From: an uncultured delta proteobacterium
GTDB lineage: Bacteria > Desulfobacterota > RBG-13-43-22
Assembly (NCBI GenBank): GCA_963843145.1
Contig: CAWJJC010000027.1
Span: 1 to 64,000 of the forward strand
Length of the DNA: 64,000 bases
Direction: 5' to 3'
Under the pieces are notes generated by a model. The model worked only from the letters and a program-made list of their open reading frames with translations, had not been told where the DNA came from and searched no databases. The translations under genes and the position numbers were made by a program. Positions 28,994-39,176 of the stretch are shown piece after piece (the stretch's first letter is position 1; the number at the start of each line of letters is the position of its first letter).

Positions 28994-29461
28994 ATGAAGA
29001 TGGCAAAAAAAATTTTCCTTGTACTTTTGATCAGCGCCTCGATCTTTTTTATTCTGAATTCGCCGGGAGAAAGCCAAAAACCCCCTTCCCCCATTCCTCA
29101 GAACCAGGGGGGGAAACCAATATTCTTGCTTCCCCAAAAACACGGCCAACTCACCTTTGACGAAAAAAAAGGTCGGGCCTTGTTTGACTATTACTGTGTC
29201 CTTTGCCACGGGGCCACCGGGAACGGGGATGGGTTCAATTCTTATACCCTGACCACCCCGCCGGCTAAATTGGCCGACCCGAACCTGATGGCTAAACTAT
29301 CCGATGCCCAGATCACGGAGGTTGTCAAAAAAGGGGGAGCGGCCCTCGGGCTATCCAATCAAATGCCTTCCTGGGGCGGTCTTTTGAAAAATAAGGATAT
29401 TGCCTCCCTGGTCGCCTACATTCGAACCCTTTCTAAATCGGTTGGCGGGAAAGGGAAGTAA
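28994..29461 (+). CDS. Monoheme class I cytochrome c
   Basis: CVLCHGATGNGDG...MPSWG. Confidence 0.9.
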   Translation: MKMAKKIFLVLLISASIFFILNSPGESQKPPSPIPQNQGGKPIFLLPQKHGQLTFDEKKGRALFDYYCVLCHGATGNGDGFNSYTLTTPPAKLADPNLMAKLSDAQITEVVKKGGAALGLSNQMPSWGGLLKNKDIASLVAYIRTLSKSVGGKGK

Positions 29462-29498
29462 AAAAGCAGGCCACAGATAACAATCAACGATCAAACAG

Positions 29499-29537
29499 AA
29501 AGCCCCGGAGGGCATCGAGCCCTAACGGGGTTTTTTT
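29499..29537 (+). terminator. Intrinsic terminator
   Basis: AAAGCCCCG...CGGGGTTTTTTT. Confidence 0.7.
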
Positions 29538-29903
29538 CTTCAACGGCCATTAAGTGCAATCCCCTAGGTTCATGGCCGCCAGGGCCGCTTCGGACGCTAG
29601 GAACCGCCCACCGGGGGGTAGGCCCTTTTTTTGACAAACTCCTTAATTTTTATCAACAATCGACAGCGAGTCGAGGGGAGATTGTAGCCAATTTTCTTCA
29701 AAAGATCCTCTTTGTCCACTTGCCTTTAGCCTTCTTTTCCCTTATACTCTTTCCAGGCTCGGGGAGGACACCCTGATGTCTGAGAATATAGGGAAGGATC
29801 TAAATCTAACTGGTTGACATTAATAATTGAATGCCTATTGACTTAGCTCATAATGATATGGCTTTAGACGGCTATGCTATAATGAATCGTCCGAGTGCAA
29901 AGT

Positions 29904-29989
29904 CGTCATTCCGGACGACCGCAGGGAGATCCGGAATCCAGATCCCAGAGCTTTCAATGCCCTGGATCCCGGATCGAGTCCGGGATGAC
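29904..29989. repeat. REP-like double hairpin (related copy 37797-37884)
   Basis: cgtcattccggac...gatccggaatccag...ctggatcccggatcgagtccgggatgac. Confidence 0.75.
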
Positions 29990-30014
29990 AACTAAAACAA
30001 AATAGGAGGTAGCT

Positions 30015-32294
30015 GTGAAAGAGGCTTTGAATATTGTCGGCCAAAGGGTGGTGCGAAGTGACTCTCTCGCCAAAGTTACCGGCGCGGCGCGTTATACCGC
30101 CGACTTGAAGCTGCCCAATATGCTGGTGGCCAAGGTGCTGCGGAGCCCTTATCCCCATGCCAAGATAGTCCGCATCGACACCCAGCGAGCGCTGAAAGTG
30201 CCGGGTGTGAAGGCGGCCGTGAGCGGTTTTGATGCCTATGGGATCAAATGGGGTGTCTTCCGCTATACGCAGGACCACGCCATGCTACCCACGGACAAGG
30301 TCCGCTATATCGGGGAGGACGTGGCGGCCGTCGCGGCCGTTGACGAAGAAACAGCCCTGGAAGCCCTTTCCTTCATCAAGGTAGACTATGAGCCTCTTCC
30401 CGCCGTTTTTGACCCCATCGAGTCGATGAAGGAGGGTGCGCCCCAGATCCACAACGAATACAAGAACAACATTAACATTCACGTTCATATCGATGTGGGT
30501 GAGGTGGACAAGGCCCTGGAAAGGGCCTTCCTCGTCCGTGAGGATACCTTCAGCGCCGCCGGCGAGGCCTACGCGATGATGGAGCCCTATGCGGTCGTCG
30601 CTTCCTACAAGAACGGTTTCCTCGACCTCTGGATGCCCAACGCCGGACCCCACGTCCGCGCCAAAGCGCTGTCCAACCTCCTCAAGATGCCCCTTAACCG
30701 GGTGCGTGTCCGTCATATCAATTCCGGAGGCGCATTTGGCGGGCGATCCGAGGTGGCGCCCGGTGACCTGGTAGCCTCGCTTTTGTCCATCCAGGCCGGC
30801 AGGCCGGTCAAGCTGGTCCTTTCCCGCGAGGAGAACGCCACGAGCTCAAGACAGATCCACGACATTATCGCCACGGTAAAAACGGGCATGAAAAAGGATG
30901 GCACTATCGTAGCGAAGGACTACCGCGCGGTATATAACGGGGGCGCCTACAGCTCAACGGGCCCTATCGCCACCTCGATCCCCTTTTATGTCTACGAGGA
31001 ATGTTATCGTTTTCCCAACGTCCGATATAATGGGTACCGGGTATTCACGAACAAAGGCATTCGGGGGATGTACGGTTGTCACGGAAGAGCCTTTCTGGCC
31101 GGGAACGAGGCCCAGATGGATTTTATGGCCAAAGAGCTCGGCCTGGATCCCGTGGATATACGCCTCAAGAACGGCCTGACGGCCGGGGAAGTAACGGCGA
31201 CGAAATCTAAGATAACCAGTTGCGGTCTCCAAGAAACCATTAAGGCCTCGGCCGAAAAAACGGACTTCAAAAAAAGATGGGCCGCCAGGTCGAAGCTCAA
31301 AGGGATCGGGATGGGATGCGTGGCCATCATGTGCGGTTTCCCCATGGGCTTCCGTTCCGGCTCGTCGTGCTACGTCAAGATCAATGATGACGGTCAGGTA
31401 GCACTCGTTACCGGCCTCGTGGACAACGGACAGGGGAACGAATCCATGGTCATCCAGGTGGCCTCGGAGGTTCTCGGCGTCCCCATGGAGGACATCAACC
31501 TCGTGAATGCGGATACGGAGGTCACCAACCTCGATCCGGGCGCCTATTCACAGGCAGCCGCCTTCGTGGGAGCCAACGCGGTGAAGGCGGCCTGTGAAAA
31601 GGCACGCCAGCGGATCGTCGCCATTGCCGCGGAAAAGCTCGGCGTGAAAGAGGCGGAGATCAACTTGAAAAACCGGATGGCGTATTCCGTGACCAAACCC
31701 GACAAAAAGATGCCTATTTCCTGGGTGGTGCGGGAGGCCTTCTCCAGGGGAGATCCGATCGTAGCGACCGGTTCTTACTTCCCCCACATCGATTTCGAGA
31801 GGGAATGGGTCTCGAGACCCTGGGGCCAGATGGCCGGGACCTTCTCCTTTGGAACCTCCGTGGCGGAAGTAGCTATTGACCCCGAGACGGGAAAAGTCAC
31901 CATCCCCCATTTCACGGCGGCCCACGATTGCGGGCGTCCCCTAAACCCCATGGCGGTGGAAGGGCAGATGGAGGGGTCTATCCAGCAGGCCGGGGTGGCG
32001 ACCATCACCGAAGAGAACCTTTGGAACGGCGGTTTCCTCCTCAACCCGGATCTTCTGGAATACAAAGTTCCCCTGGCCTGTGACATGCCGGAGATAGAGA
32101 CGATCATTATAAGTTCCCAGGACCCTGAAGGGCCTTTCGGGGCGAAAGAGGGGGGTCTGACCATCCGGATGAACGCCTACAGCGCCGTCGCCTGCGCCGT
32201 GGCCAATGCCACCGGCGCGCTTTTCACAGAGTTGCCGCTCACACCGGACAGGGTGTTGAACCTCTTGGAGCGGGAGAAGGGGGTGAAGGGATGA
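30015..32294 (+). CDS. Xanthine-dehydrogenase-family molybdopterin subunit (HcrA-like, atypical active site)
   Basis: KVTGAARYTADL, LRSPYPHAKI, GGAFGGR, HDCGRPLNP, GPFGAKE. Confidence 0.92.
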   Translation: MKEALNIVGQRVVRSDSLAKVTGAARYTADLKLPNMLVAKVLRSPYPHAKIVRIDTQRALKVPGVKAAVSGFDAYGIKWGVFRYTQDHAMLPTDKVRYIGEDVAAVAAVDEETALEALSFIKVDYEPLPAVFDPIESMKEGAPQIHNEYKNNINIHVHIDVGEVDKALERAFLVREDTFSAAGEAYAMMEPYAVVASYKNGFLDLWMPNAGPHVRAKALSNLLKMPLNRVRVRHINSGGAFGGRSEVAPGDLVASLLSIQAGRPVKLVLSREENATSSRQIHDIIATVKTGMKKDGTIVAKDYRAVYNGGAYSSTGPIATSIPFYVYEECYRFPNVRYNGYRVFTNKGIRGMYGCHGRAFLAGNEAQMDFMAKELGLDPVDIRLKNGLTAGEVTATKSKITSCGLQETIKASAEKTDFKKRWAARSKLKGIGMGCVAIMCGFPMGFRSGSSCYVKINDDGQVALVTGLVDNGQGNESMVIQVASEVLGVPMEDINLVNADTEVTNLDPGAYSQAAAFVGANAVKAACEKARQRIVAIAAEKLGVKEAEINLKNRMAYSVTKPDKKMPISWVVREAFSRGDPIVATGSYFPHIDFEREWVSRPWGQMAGTFSFGTSVAEVAIDPETGKVTIPHFTAAHDCGRPLNPMAVEGQMEGSIQQAGVATITEENLWNGGFLLNPDLLEYKVPLACDMPEIETIIISSQDPEGPFGAKEGGLTIRMNAYSAVACAVANATGALFTELPLTPDRVLNLLEREKGVKG

Positions 32295-33238
32295 TCCTAC
32301 CTAAGTTTGCCTACCAAAGAGCGCAAAACATTGCCGAGGCCATCGACCGCTATGCCCATTTTGACGGGCAGGCTCGTTATCTCGCCGGGGGCACGGATCT
32401 TATCCCACTGTTGAAGCTGCGCTTGTCCACGCCGGTGGCCCTCATTGACCTGAAGCCGATCCACGAATTAAAAACCTTTTCCCGACAGGGCGGGTGGCTG
32501 GTTATAGGTTCGAACGTTACGCTCTTCGAACTGAAGAATGACGCCCGGATAAAAGAAAAATTTCCCGCCCTTTACGAATCCCTCGAGGCCACTTCCTGCG
32601 AAACGCTCCAGATGCGAGGCACCATCGGCGGGAATATCCTCCAGGATACGCGCTGCCTCCTCTATAATAAATCCCTCGAATGGCGTCGCGCGAGAGGCTT
32701 TTGTTGGAAAATGGGCGGCCCGGCGTGTAACGTCGTTCCCCAGGCGCAGACCTGCTTTTCGAATTACTGCAGTGACAACGCGCCCGCACTCCTTACCCTG
32801 TCGGCCCAGGTAAAATTGGTCGGCCCCGGGGGTGAACGGACGGTAAAGTTGGAAAAACTCTTCAGCGGCGATGGTAGGAAGCCCTTGGCGCTGGGGCCGG
32901 GAGAGATCCTGACGCAAATACGGTTACCCTGGGAGAATACGAAAGGAACCTACGAGAAATTGCGGGTCCGGGATTCCGTGGATTATCCCTTGGTGGGGGT
33001 GGCTGTTTCGATGAAAGGTTCTTCCGCCAGGGTCTGTGTCGGAGGTGTCGGTCTGGCACCCCGGGTTTATACGCTCAAAACCCTTGATGAACGCAGTGTC
33101 AAAGATACGGCCGCCCAGGCGGCGGCAGACGCGAAGCCGGTATTGAACGCCACGCTCTCCCCGGTCTACCGGAAGAAAATGGTCGGTGTCCTCTTTAAAC
33201 GGGCGATCAAGAAAGTCCAGCGGGGGGGTGCGCGATGA
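32291..33238 (+). CDS. FAD subunit with [4Fe-4S] insertion (HcrB-like)
   Basis: AGGTDL, TIGGNI, RC..YN...WR...FC......C......C insert. Confidence 0.88.
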   Translation: MILPKFAYQRAQNIAEAIDRYAHFDGQARYLAGGTDLIPLLKLRLSTPVALIDLKPIHELKTFSRQGGWLVIGSNVTLFELKNDARIKEKFPALYESLEATSCETLQMRGTIGGNILQDTRCLLYNKSLEWRRARGFCWKMGGPACNVVPQAQTCFSNYCSDNAPALLTLSAQVKLVGPGGERTVKLEKLFSGDGRKPLALGPGEILTQIRLPWENTKGTYEKLRVRDSVDYPLVGVAVSMKGSSARVCVGGVGLAPRVYTLKTLDERSVKDTAAQAAADAKPVLNATLSPVYRKKMVGVLFKRAIKKVQRGGAR

Positions 33239-33705
33239 AGACGATGAAGGTCACCTTTCAGATAAACGACGAACAGGTCACACTCCAAGTGCGGCCTTAT
33301 GAGACGCTCTTGGAAACTCTACGGGAGAGGCTTTCGCTCACCGGGGCCAAAGAGGCCTGCGGATTGGGTGCTTGCGGGGCCTGCACGGTGGTGGTGAACG
33401 GTACACCGCTGAGGTCCTGCCTGGTCCTGGCCCCCGAAGTGGATGGCGCGGTTATTACGACGGTTGAAGGGCTGCGTCAGGAAGGAAAACTCCATCCGCT
33501 CCAGGAGGCCTTCATGGAGAAAGGTGCCGTTCAGTGCGGTTTTTGCACCTCCGGTATGATCATGACGGCCAAGGCGCTCCTGGATAGAAACGAAAAACCG
33601 ACCAAGAAAGAGATTATCAAAACCATTTCTTCTAATCTCTGCCGCTGCACCGGATACAAGAAAATCATCGAGGCGGTGGAGGCGGCGGGAAAGAAGGCCC
33701 GGTAG
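33235..33705 (+). CDS. 2x[2Fe-2S] subunit (HcrC/CoxS-like)
   Basis: CGLGACGACTV, QCGFCTSG, NLCRCTGY. Confidence 0.95.
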   Translation: MKTMKVTFQINDEQVTLQVRPYETLLETLRERLSLTGAKEACGLGACGACTVVVNGTPLRSCLVLAPEVDGAVITTVEGLRQEGKLHPLQEAFMEKGAVQCGFCTSGMIMTAKALLDRNEKPTKKEIIKTISSNLCRCTGYKKIIEAVEAAGKKAR

Positions 33706-33713
33706 GTGTATAA

Positions 33714-34007
33714 ATGAAAATCAAGGTCAAGATCGATTCCAACCTTCGAATAAAGAATGTTTTTGAACCTCCCCTGCAGATGGATCTTCAGGAGGGTGAA
33801 CATACCTTGAAGGATGTCTTGCAGAAGCTTTCGGGTATGTACCCCCATTTAAGATTCATCGAACGAGGGGAGATGGGAGACGACCTCCGTCATCTTTACC
33901 TCAATGGAGAGAGTCATTTCACATTTTCCGAAGGGTTGAAGAAAAAAGTCAGCGAAGGCGACACCGTCCGGGTGGAAGCCTATATGGACCCGCTGGCTGG
34001 CGGCTGA
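33714..34007 (+). CDS. MoaD/ThiS-like ubiquitin-fold protein
   Basis: YLNG...EGDTV...LAGG C-terminus. Confidence 0.8.
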   Translation: MKIKVKIDSNLRIKNVFEPPLQMDLQEGEHTLKDVLQKLSGMYPHLRFIERGEMGDDLRHLYLNGESHFTFSEGLKKKVSEGDTVRVEAYMDPLAGG

Positions 34008-34352
34008 AAGGGCAAGATGTATCCGGCTTTTTAAGTTAGCGCTTATGCCCCCCAACCCCCTCCCGTCAAGGGAGGGGGAGTCGTTTTGATCATTCGAATT
34101 TAGGTTTATTAACAGTCTCATAATTGTATTTACACGAAGTGGTCTTTTTATCTCTCGCCCGCTTCGCTCGAGTTCGCCGAGGGCACAGAGAAAGACGAAT
34201 CTCTTTTTTGAAAAATCGCTGAGAGGCCGATTTTTCAAAACAGCTCACGCCTCCGGCGGGGTCTTATTCGCGGAGGAGGAGATTTTTTCTGATTGCCGGC
34301 CTCTCAGCGGCAATCAGAAATTAACTATTTTCTGCGATCTCTGTGTCCTCTG

Positions 34353-36355
34353 GTACGCCAGGATAAGCCTGGCTGATCTATATGACTGAAAGGTGTCATA
34401 CTTGTTAATTGCTCGTTCAACAAGAAGTTGCGGCCTCCCGCCTGGGGTAACCGAAAGCGGGGAGTAGGCCGGTCTCTGGCCAAGACGGGTAGAGGCGATA
34501 GGGGAGAGAACCCCCTGGACAACGAAGGCGTGAGCCCTAACGCAAGTGAACCTGATTCGGCCTCGTTACACTTAAATGGCGGCGGCCAACCTGCCAGAGA
34601 AGGTGAAGCCTGCCACCGGTAGGGAAGCAACGAGCGACGGTCCCTACCGGGCCGCCCGGGGTGGTTGGGGAGAGCGCGCGCCGAAAGATCAGCCGAGGAA
34701 CCTGGGAGACCCGGCGAGGTATCGGGAGGGACCGATAACATTTTCAGGGAATCCATAACCTGGAAAGTGGCCACGGCCGGGAGTCGGAGCGGCCCATAGT
34801 AGCGAGGAAGTCCCGGAAAAGGGAGGGAGCGAAGGGGCCGCACTTCAGTCACGTTTCGATCAAAAGAGGGAGAAACCGCTTGAGCCGAAAATGCTCCATT
34901 ACGGAAAAGACGGCGGAAGGGTTCCAACCGGAACCGGGGATGCCGGAGAAGGTCTCTCTGTTGCGATGGAAGCTGGGTTGTAAGGCCAAGCAAGAAAAGC
35001 AGTTTCGGTTTTATGCCCTGTACGACCGGGTATATCGCCGGGATGTATTGGAAACGGCTTGGGCTCGGGTACGGGCGAATCGAGGGAGCCCCGGGAACAG
35101 ACGGGGTGACCATTCGCAGTATCGAGGAAGGAGGCGGGGTCCGGACGTTCCTGGAAGAGATGGAACAGGAACTGCGGGCCAAGACCTACCGACCTCGACC
35201 GGTACGCCGGGTCTATATCCCCAAGATCAACGGCAAGCTGAGACCCTTGGGCATTCCCTGTATACGGGACCGGGTGGTTCAGATGGCCGTACGCTGCTGA
35301 TTCTGGAGCCGATTTTTGAGGCGGATTTTCTGGAATGCTCCTATGGGTTTCGTCCTCGGCGGAAAGCCTGGGACGGGGTGGAGCAGATCCGGAAGAATCT
35401 GGAGGACGGACGGCGAGAGGTGTATGACGCCGACCTGTCCGGCTACTTTGACAGCATTCCCCACGATCGACTGATGCAAAAGGTAGAGCGACGGATTGCC
35501 GACCAATCGGTGTTGAAACTGATCCGGATGTGGCTTGCGGGCGCCGGTAGTGGAAGACAGGGACCCCCGGAAGGAAAGAGACCCGCAAGGGAACGCCCCA
35601 AGGCGGGGTTATCTCCCCCCTGCTGGCTAACCTGTATCTCCATGAAATGGATCGGGCCTTCCATGAGGACCCCCGGGTCCTTACCGGACGGCCAAGGCCC
35701 GCCTGGTCCGATACGCCGATGATTTTGTGATCCTGTCGCACTACTGGAGTAAAGGAATCCGTTGATGGGTGGAAGAGAAGCTGGAAGGAGACCTGGGACT
35801 GGAAATAAATCGGGATAAGACGCGTATCGTAGCCCTGAACCAGAGGGGTAAGCAGTTGGACTTCTTGGGGTTCACCCTGCGATACGACCAGGACCGGAAA
35901 GGGAGGGAGAAGCGGTATCTGAATATCTTTCCCTCGGACAAGGCGGTCAACCGTCTCCGGGAGAAGATCCGAGTCAAGACTCATAGTGGTTATAAGAAGC
36001 CGCTCACCGAAGCGATCCGAGAAACCAATGTGATCCTCCGGGGCTGGGCGAATTATTTTCGGTATGGGTATCCTCGGAAGGTCTTTCGGGACGTCAACCA
36101 TTTTGTCCGTAGCGGTTTTGGTCGATTCCTGAGAAACCGGAGCCAAAGACGTAGCCGCCCGTTCCGTCCGGGAGAAAGCCTGTACGGGGGCCTGAAACGG
36201 TATGGGTTGCTTTATCTGTAAAGTCGGGCACGTCCACAACTCCTTGCGTCTGCCTTACGACAAGAGACTGTCGGAGAGCCGTATGCGGGAAATCCGCATG
36301 TACGGTTCGACGAGGGGGAGCTGAAACCCTATGAGCACTTCTGCCCCAAGTAGAT
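34353..36355 (+). mobile_element. Group II intron (IEP lacks endonuclease domain)
   Basis: 5' GTACGCC; domain V GAGAGCCGTATGCGGGAAATCCGCATGTACGGTTC; 3' end approximate (..AT). Confidence 0.88.
34880..36221 (+). pseudogene. ltrA: Intron-encoded reverse transcriptase/maturase, several frameshifts
   Basis: [50 protein letters not shown] spread over different frames. Confidence 0.9.
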
Positions 36356-36584
36356 GCGTGTGAGAGATCGTCTTTTGTCTCTGGTTGTGACTAAGCGACG
36401 TTACGGAATCCGTGTAAATACAATTATGAGACCGTTAATAAGCCTTTGAATTTTGGACCTTTGAATTTGTTTCGGCCTGCGACGAGCCCTTCGACAGGCT
36501 CAGGGCCTTGAGTTTACCGAAAGGCTCAGCCGAGACGATTTCGTGCTTCGAATTTCGGATTTGGGCCTAAAAGAAGGAGGAATC

Positions 36585-37730
36585 ATGAAGGCATTGGTAG
36601 TAGGCGGCACGGGCGGTATGGGGCAGGGGGTCGCCCGGGACCTCATTAAACAGGAGCAGATTACATCGGTAACGTTGGGCGACATAAATATAGATCCCGC
36701 GAGAGTGCAGGAAAAACTGCGGGCCAGCAATAAAGTGTCGCTTAAAAAAATTGACGTACAGGATCATAACGGCCTGGTGGCTGCCATCGAAGTAGTTGAC
36801 GTGGTCATTAATTGTGCCGGACCCTTCTACAAGACCGCCGTGGCCGTCGCCAGGGCTGCGGTTGAGGCCAAGGTCAACTATATTGATATCTGCGATGACT
36901 ATGAGGCCGTACCCATTCTCTTTTCCGAAGCCGCCATCGATAAAGCCGCTAAAGAGGCGGGAATCACCGTTCTGACGGGGATGGGCTCCGACCCCGGAAC
37001 CAATAATGTTCTGGTCAAGTGGTATGCCAATCAACTGGACCGGGTTAACGAGATCCATCTCTTCTGGGTGGTCAGTATCGCCGAACTGGCGGGTGCGGCC
37101 TGGGATCACAGCCTGCACATGGTGACGGGAAAAATCCCCCAATATCTGGACGGAAAACTGGAGTACGTGGATGGGGGCACGGGCGAGGAGATCGCCACCT
37201 TCCTTGAACCCCTGGGCACCTGTAAAGTTCGCTATGTAGGACATCCTCAGCCGATCACCATCCCCCGCTACATCGAAGGGGTGAAAAAGGTGGTTATTAA
37301 AGGCGCCCTCATACCGGGCTGGGTGGACGAATTGATCAAGGAACAAAATGATACGGGATTTCTCAGCACCGAGGTCCTGGAGGTCAGGGGAACCAAGGTC
37401 GTGCCTTACGACCTGACGCTGAAACTTTGGGATACGATTCCGAAAAGCAGGGATAACGGGCCTAATTCCTCCGGACTTAAAGTGATCGTTAAGGGCGAGC
37501 GAAACGGAAAAAAGGTGACCTATACCGCCGATATGGCGGGCCGGATGGCCCCGGGCACGGGTCTTCCCGCCTCCATTGCGGCTTTAATGATGGAGGCCGG
37601 CGAGGTGACGGTCAAGGGCGTGGTGGCCCCCGAAGGATGTATCGATCCGGAAAAATTCCTGGCCGCCTTGATAAAAAGGGGCGCCAAGATTCACCAGACG
37701 GAAACGATCAGCTCGTTGCTGACAGTGTAG
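36585..37730 (+). CDS. Saccharopine / lysine-6-dehydrogenase-like NAD(P) oxidoreductase
   Basis: VGGTGGMG, INCAGPFY, NYIDICDD, GMGSDPG, GHPQPITIP, GVVAPE; AAGGAGG RBS. Confidence 0.85.
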   Translation: MKALVVGGTGGMGQGVARDLIKQEQITSVTLGDINIDPARVQEKLRASNKVSLKKIDVQDHNGLVAAIEVVDVVINCAGPFYKTAVAVARAAVEAKVNYIDICDDYEAVPILFSEAAIDKAAKEAGITVLTGMGSDPGTNNVLVKWYANQLDRVNEIHLFWVVSIAELAGAAWDHSLHMVTGKIPQYLDGKLEYVDGGTGEEIATFLEPLGTCKVRYVGHPQPITIPRYIEGVKKVVIKGALIPGWVDELIKEQNDTGFLSTEVLEVRGTKVVPYDLTLKLWDTIPKSRDNGPNSSGLKVIVKGERNGKKVTYTADMAGRMAPGTGLPASIAALMMEAGEVTVKGVVAPEGCIDPEKFLAALIKRGAKIHQTETISSLLTV

Positions 37731-37919
37731 TTAAACAGGTCCCGCTGAGGGCTGGGAACCGGCGAAGTCCAAGAAAAAGATTGACCTGATAAGGTTCGTC
37801 ATTCCGGACTACCGAAGGGAGATCCGGAATCCAGGCCTCCCAAGTTTCGAAGGTCCTGGATGCCGGATCAGGTCCGGCATGACGGCTAAAAACAATAGGT
37901 ATGGAAAAGGAAACTTTCT

Positions 37920-39176
37920 ATGAAAAACATGGATAAACTGAATATTGCTAAAAGTCAGGAAATTTATCAAGAGGCCCTGTCTTTGGTCCCCGGGGGAGTC
38001 CTGGGCGCCCGGAAACCCGCTGATTTTATCGAGGGAGAATACCCCATCTTTGTGGAAAGCGGCCGGGGCGGCCGGGTCACCGACGTGGATGGCAATGAAT
38101 ATATCGATTTCCTTTGCGGGTATGGGCCCATAATTTTGGGTTATCGAGAAGAAGAAGTGGACGAAGCGGTTATCCGCCAGTTGAGGGACAAAGGCTTCTG
38201 CTTCACCTTAACCCAACGATATCAGAATGAGCTGGCTAAAAAGCTGAGCCAACTGGTCCCCTGTTCGGAAATGAGTATTTTTTTAAAGACCGGATCCGAT
38301 GCCACCACGGCGAGTATCCGGATTGCCCGGGCCTATACCAACCGGATCAAGGTAATGCGTTGCGGTTACCATGGCTGGCATGATTGGTGTGTGGAGATGA
38401 AGGGGGGCGTTCCTGAAAAGTTCTATGAGGATGTCTTTGAATTTCGGTATAACCGTCTCGATCAACTCGAGGACCTGATGGCCAAGCACGGGGAGCAGAC
38501 CGCGGCCATCATTATGACCCCCTTTGGGCACCCCCTGCATGCCAAGATGGAAGAGCCTAAACCCGGGTTCCTGGAAGGGGTCAGGGAAATCGCCACCCGC
38601 TATGGCGCTATTTTGGTCTTTGATGAAGTGCGGACCGGATTCAGGCTGGCCCTGGGAGGGGCGCAAGCCTATTACGGGGTCACCCCCGACCTGGTGGTCC
38701 TGGGAAAAGGGATGGCCAATGGCTATGCCATTAGTGTGGTTACCGGGAAAAGAGAAGTAATGATGGCTTCCGCCCAGAGGCTTTTCATCTCTTCCACCTT
38801 CTTTCCTAACAGTGACGGGTTTGTGGCCGCGCTGAAAACCATTGAAATTCTCGAACGGGACCGGGTCCTGGACCAGATCTGGGAAAAAGGGACCCGCTTT
38901 TGGAAAAAAATTCAGGGCTGCCTTGACCGCTACGACGTGGGAGCCGAGCTAAGCGGAGTAGCCCCCATGTTTTTCATAACCTTTAAGCGGGATGAAGCCA
39001 AAACCTATCGGGCTAAACGGGATGATTTTTATACCCAGCTTATTCGCCGACGGGTCTTTTTGCACCCGCACCATCATGGCTATATCTGTCACCGGCACAC
39101 CGATGAGGATCTGGCCCTGGCGGTTCAGGCTATAGAGGAGGCCCTGGCCTACGTCAAAGAAAAATACGCCCGTTAA
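37920..39176 (+). CDS. kat: Class III PLP aminotransferase, Kat-like (3-aminobutyryl-CoA aminotransferase)
   Basis: FDEVRTGFR, GKGMANGY, GYHGWHDWCVE, SSTFFPNSDG, HHGYICHRH; similarity to Cloacimonas Kat is from memory and needs BLAST. Confidence 0.65.
   Translation: MKNMDKLNIAKSQEIYQEALSLVPGGVLGARKPADFIEGEYPIFVESGRGGRVTDVDGNEYIDFLCGYGPIILGYREEEVDEAVIRQLRDKGFCFTLTQRYQNELAKKLSQLVPCSEMSIFLKTGSDATTASIRIARAYTNRIKVMRCGYHGWHDWCVEMKGGVPEKFYEDVFEFRYNRLDQLEDLMAKHGEQTAAIIMTPFGHPLHAKMEEPKPGFLEGVREIATRYGAILVFDEVRTGFRLALGGAQAYYGVTPDLVVLGKGMANGYAISVVTGKREVMMASAQRLFISSTFFPNSDGFVAALKTIEILERDRVLDQIWEKGTRFWKKIQGCLDRYDVGAELSGVAPMFFITFKRDEAKTYRAKRDDFYTQLIRRRVFLHPHHHGYICHRHTDEDLALAVQAIEEALAYVKEKYAR

Larger units (their letters stand above)
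34107..36440 (-). mobile_element. Inverted MITE copy hosting the group II intron
   Basis: 34107-34352 and 36356-36440 are the reverse complement of 5944-6333. Confidence 0.75.

Noticed and set aside
30015-33705. Calling the Mo enzyme aerobic CODH or true 4-hydroxybenzoyl-CoA reductase
   Set aside because: The motif is MYGCHGR rather than AYxCSFR, gene order is L-M-S, no cox accessory genes are present, and the HcrA active-site Glu and Gln are missing.
34880-36221. Programmed frameshifting in the intron RT and other split ORFs
   Set aside because: Multiple scattered single-base indels fit decay or long-read error better.
37920-39176. hemL (GSA aminomutase)
   Set aside because: Lacks GGVNSPVR and YHGHxD; has GGVLGARK and YHGWHDW, and there is no hem gene context.
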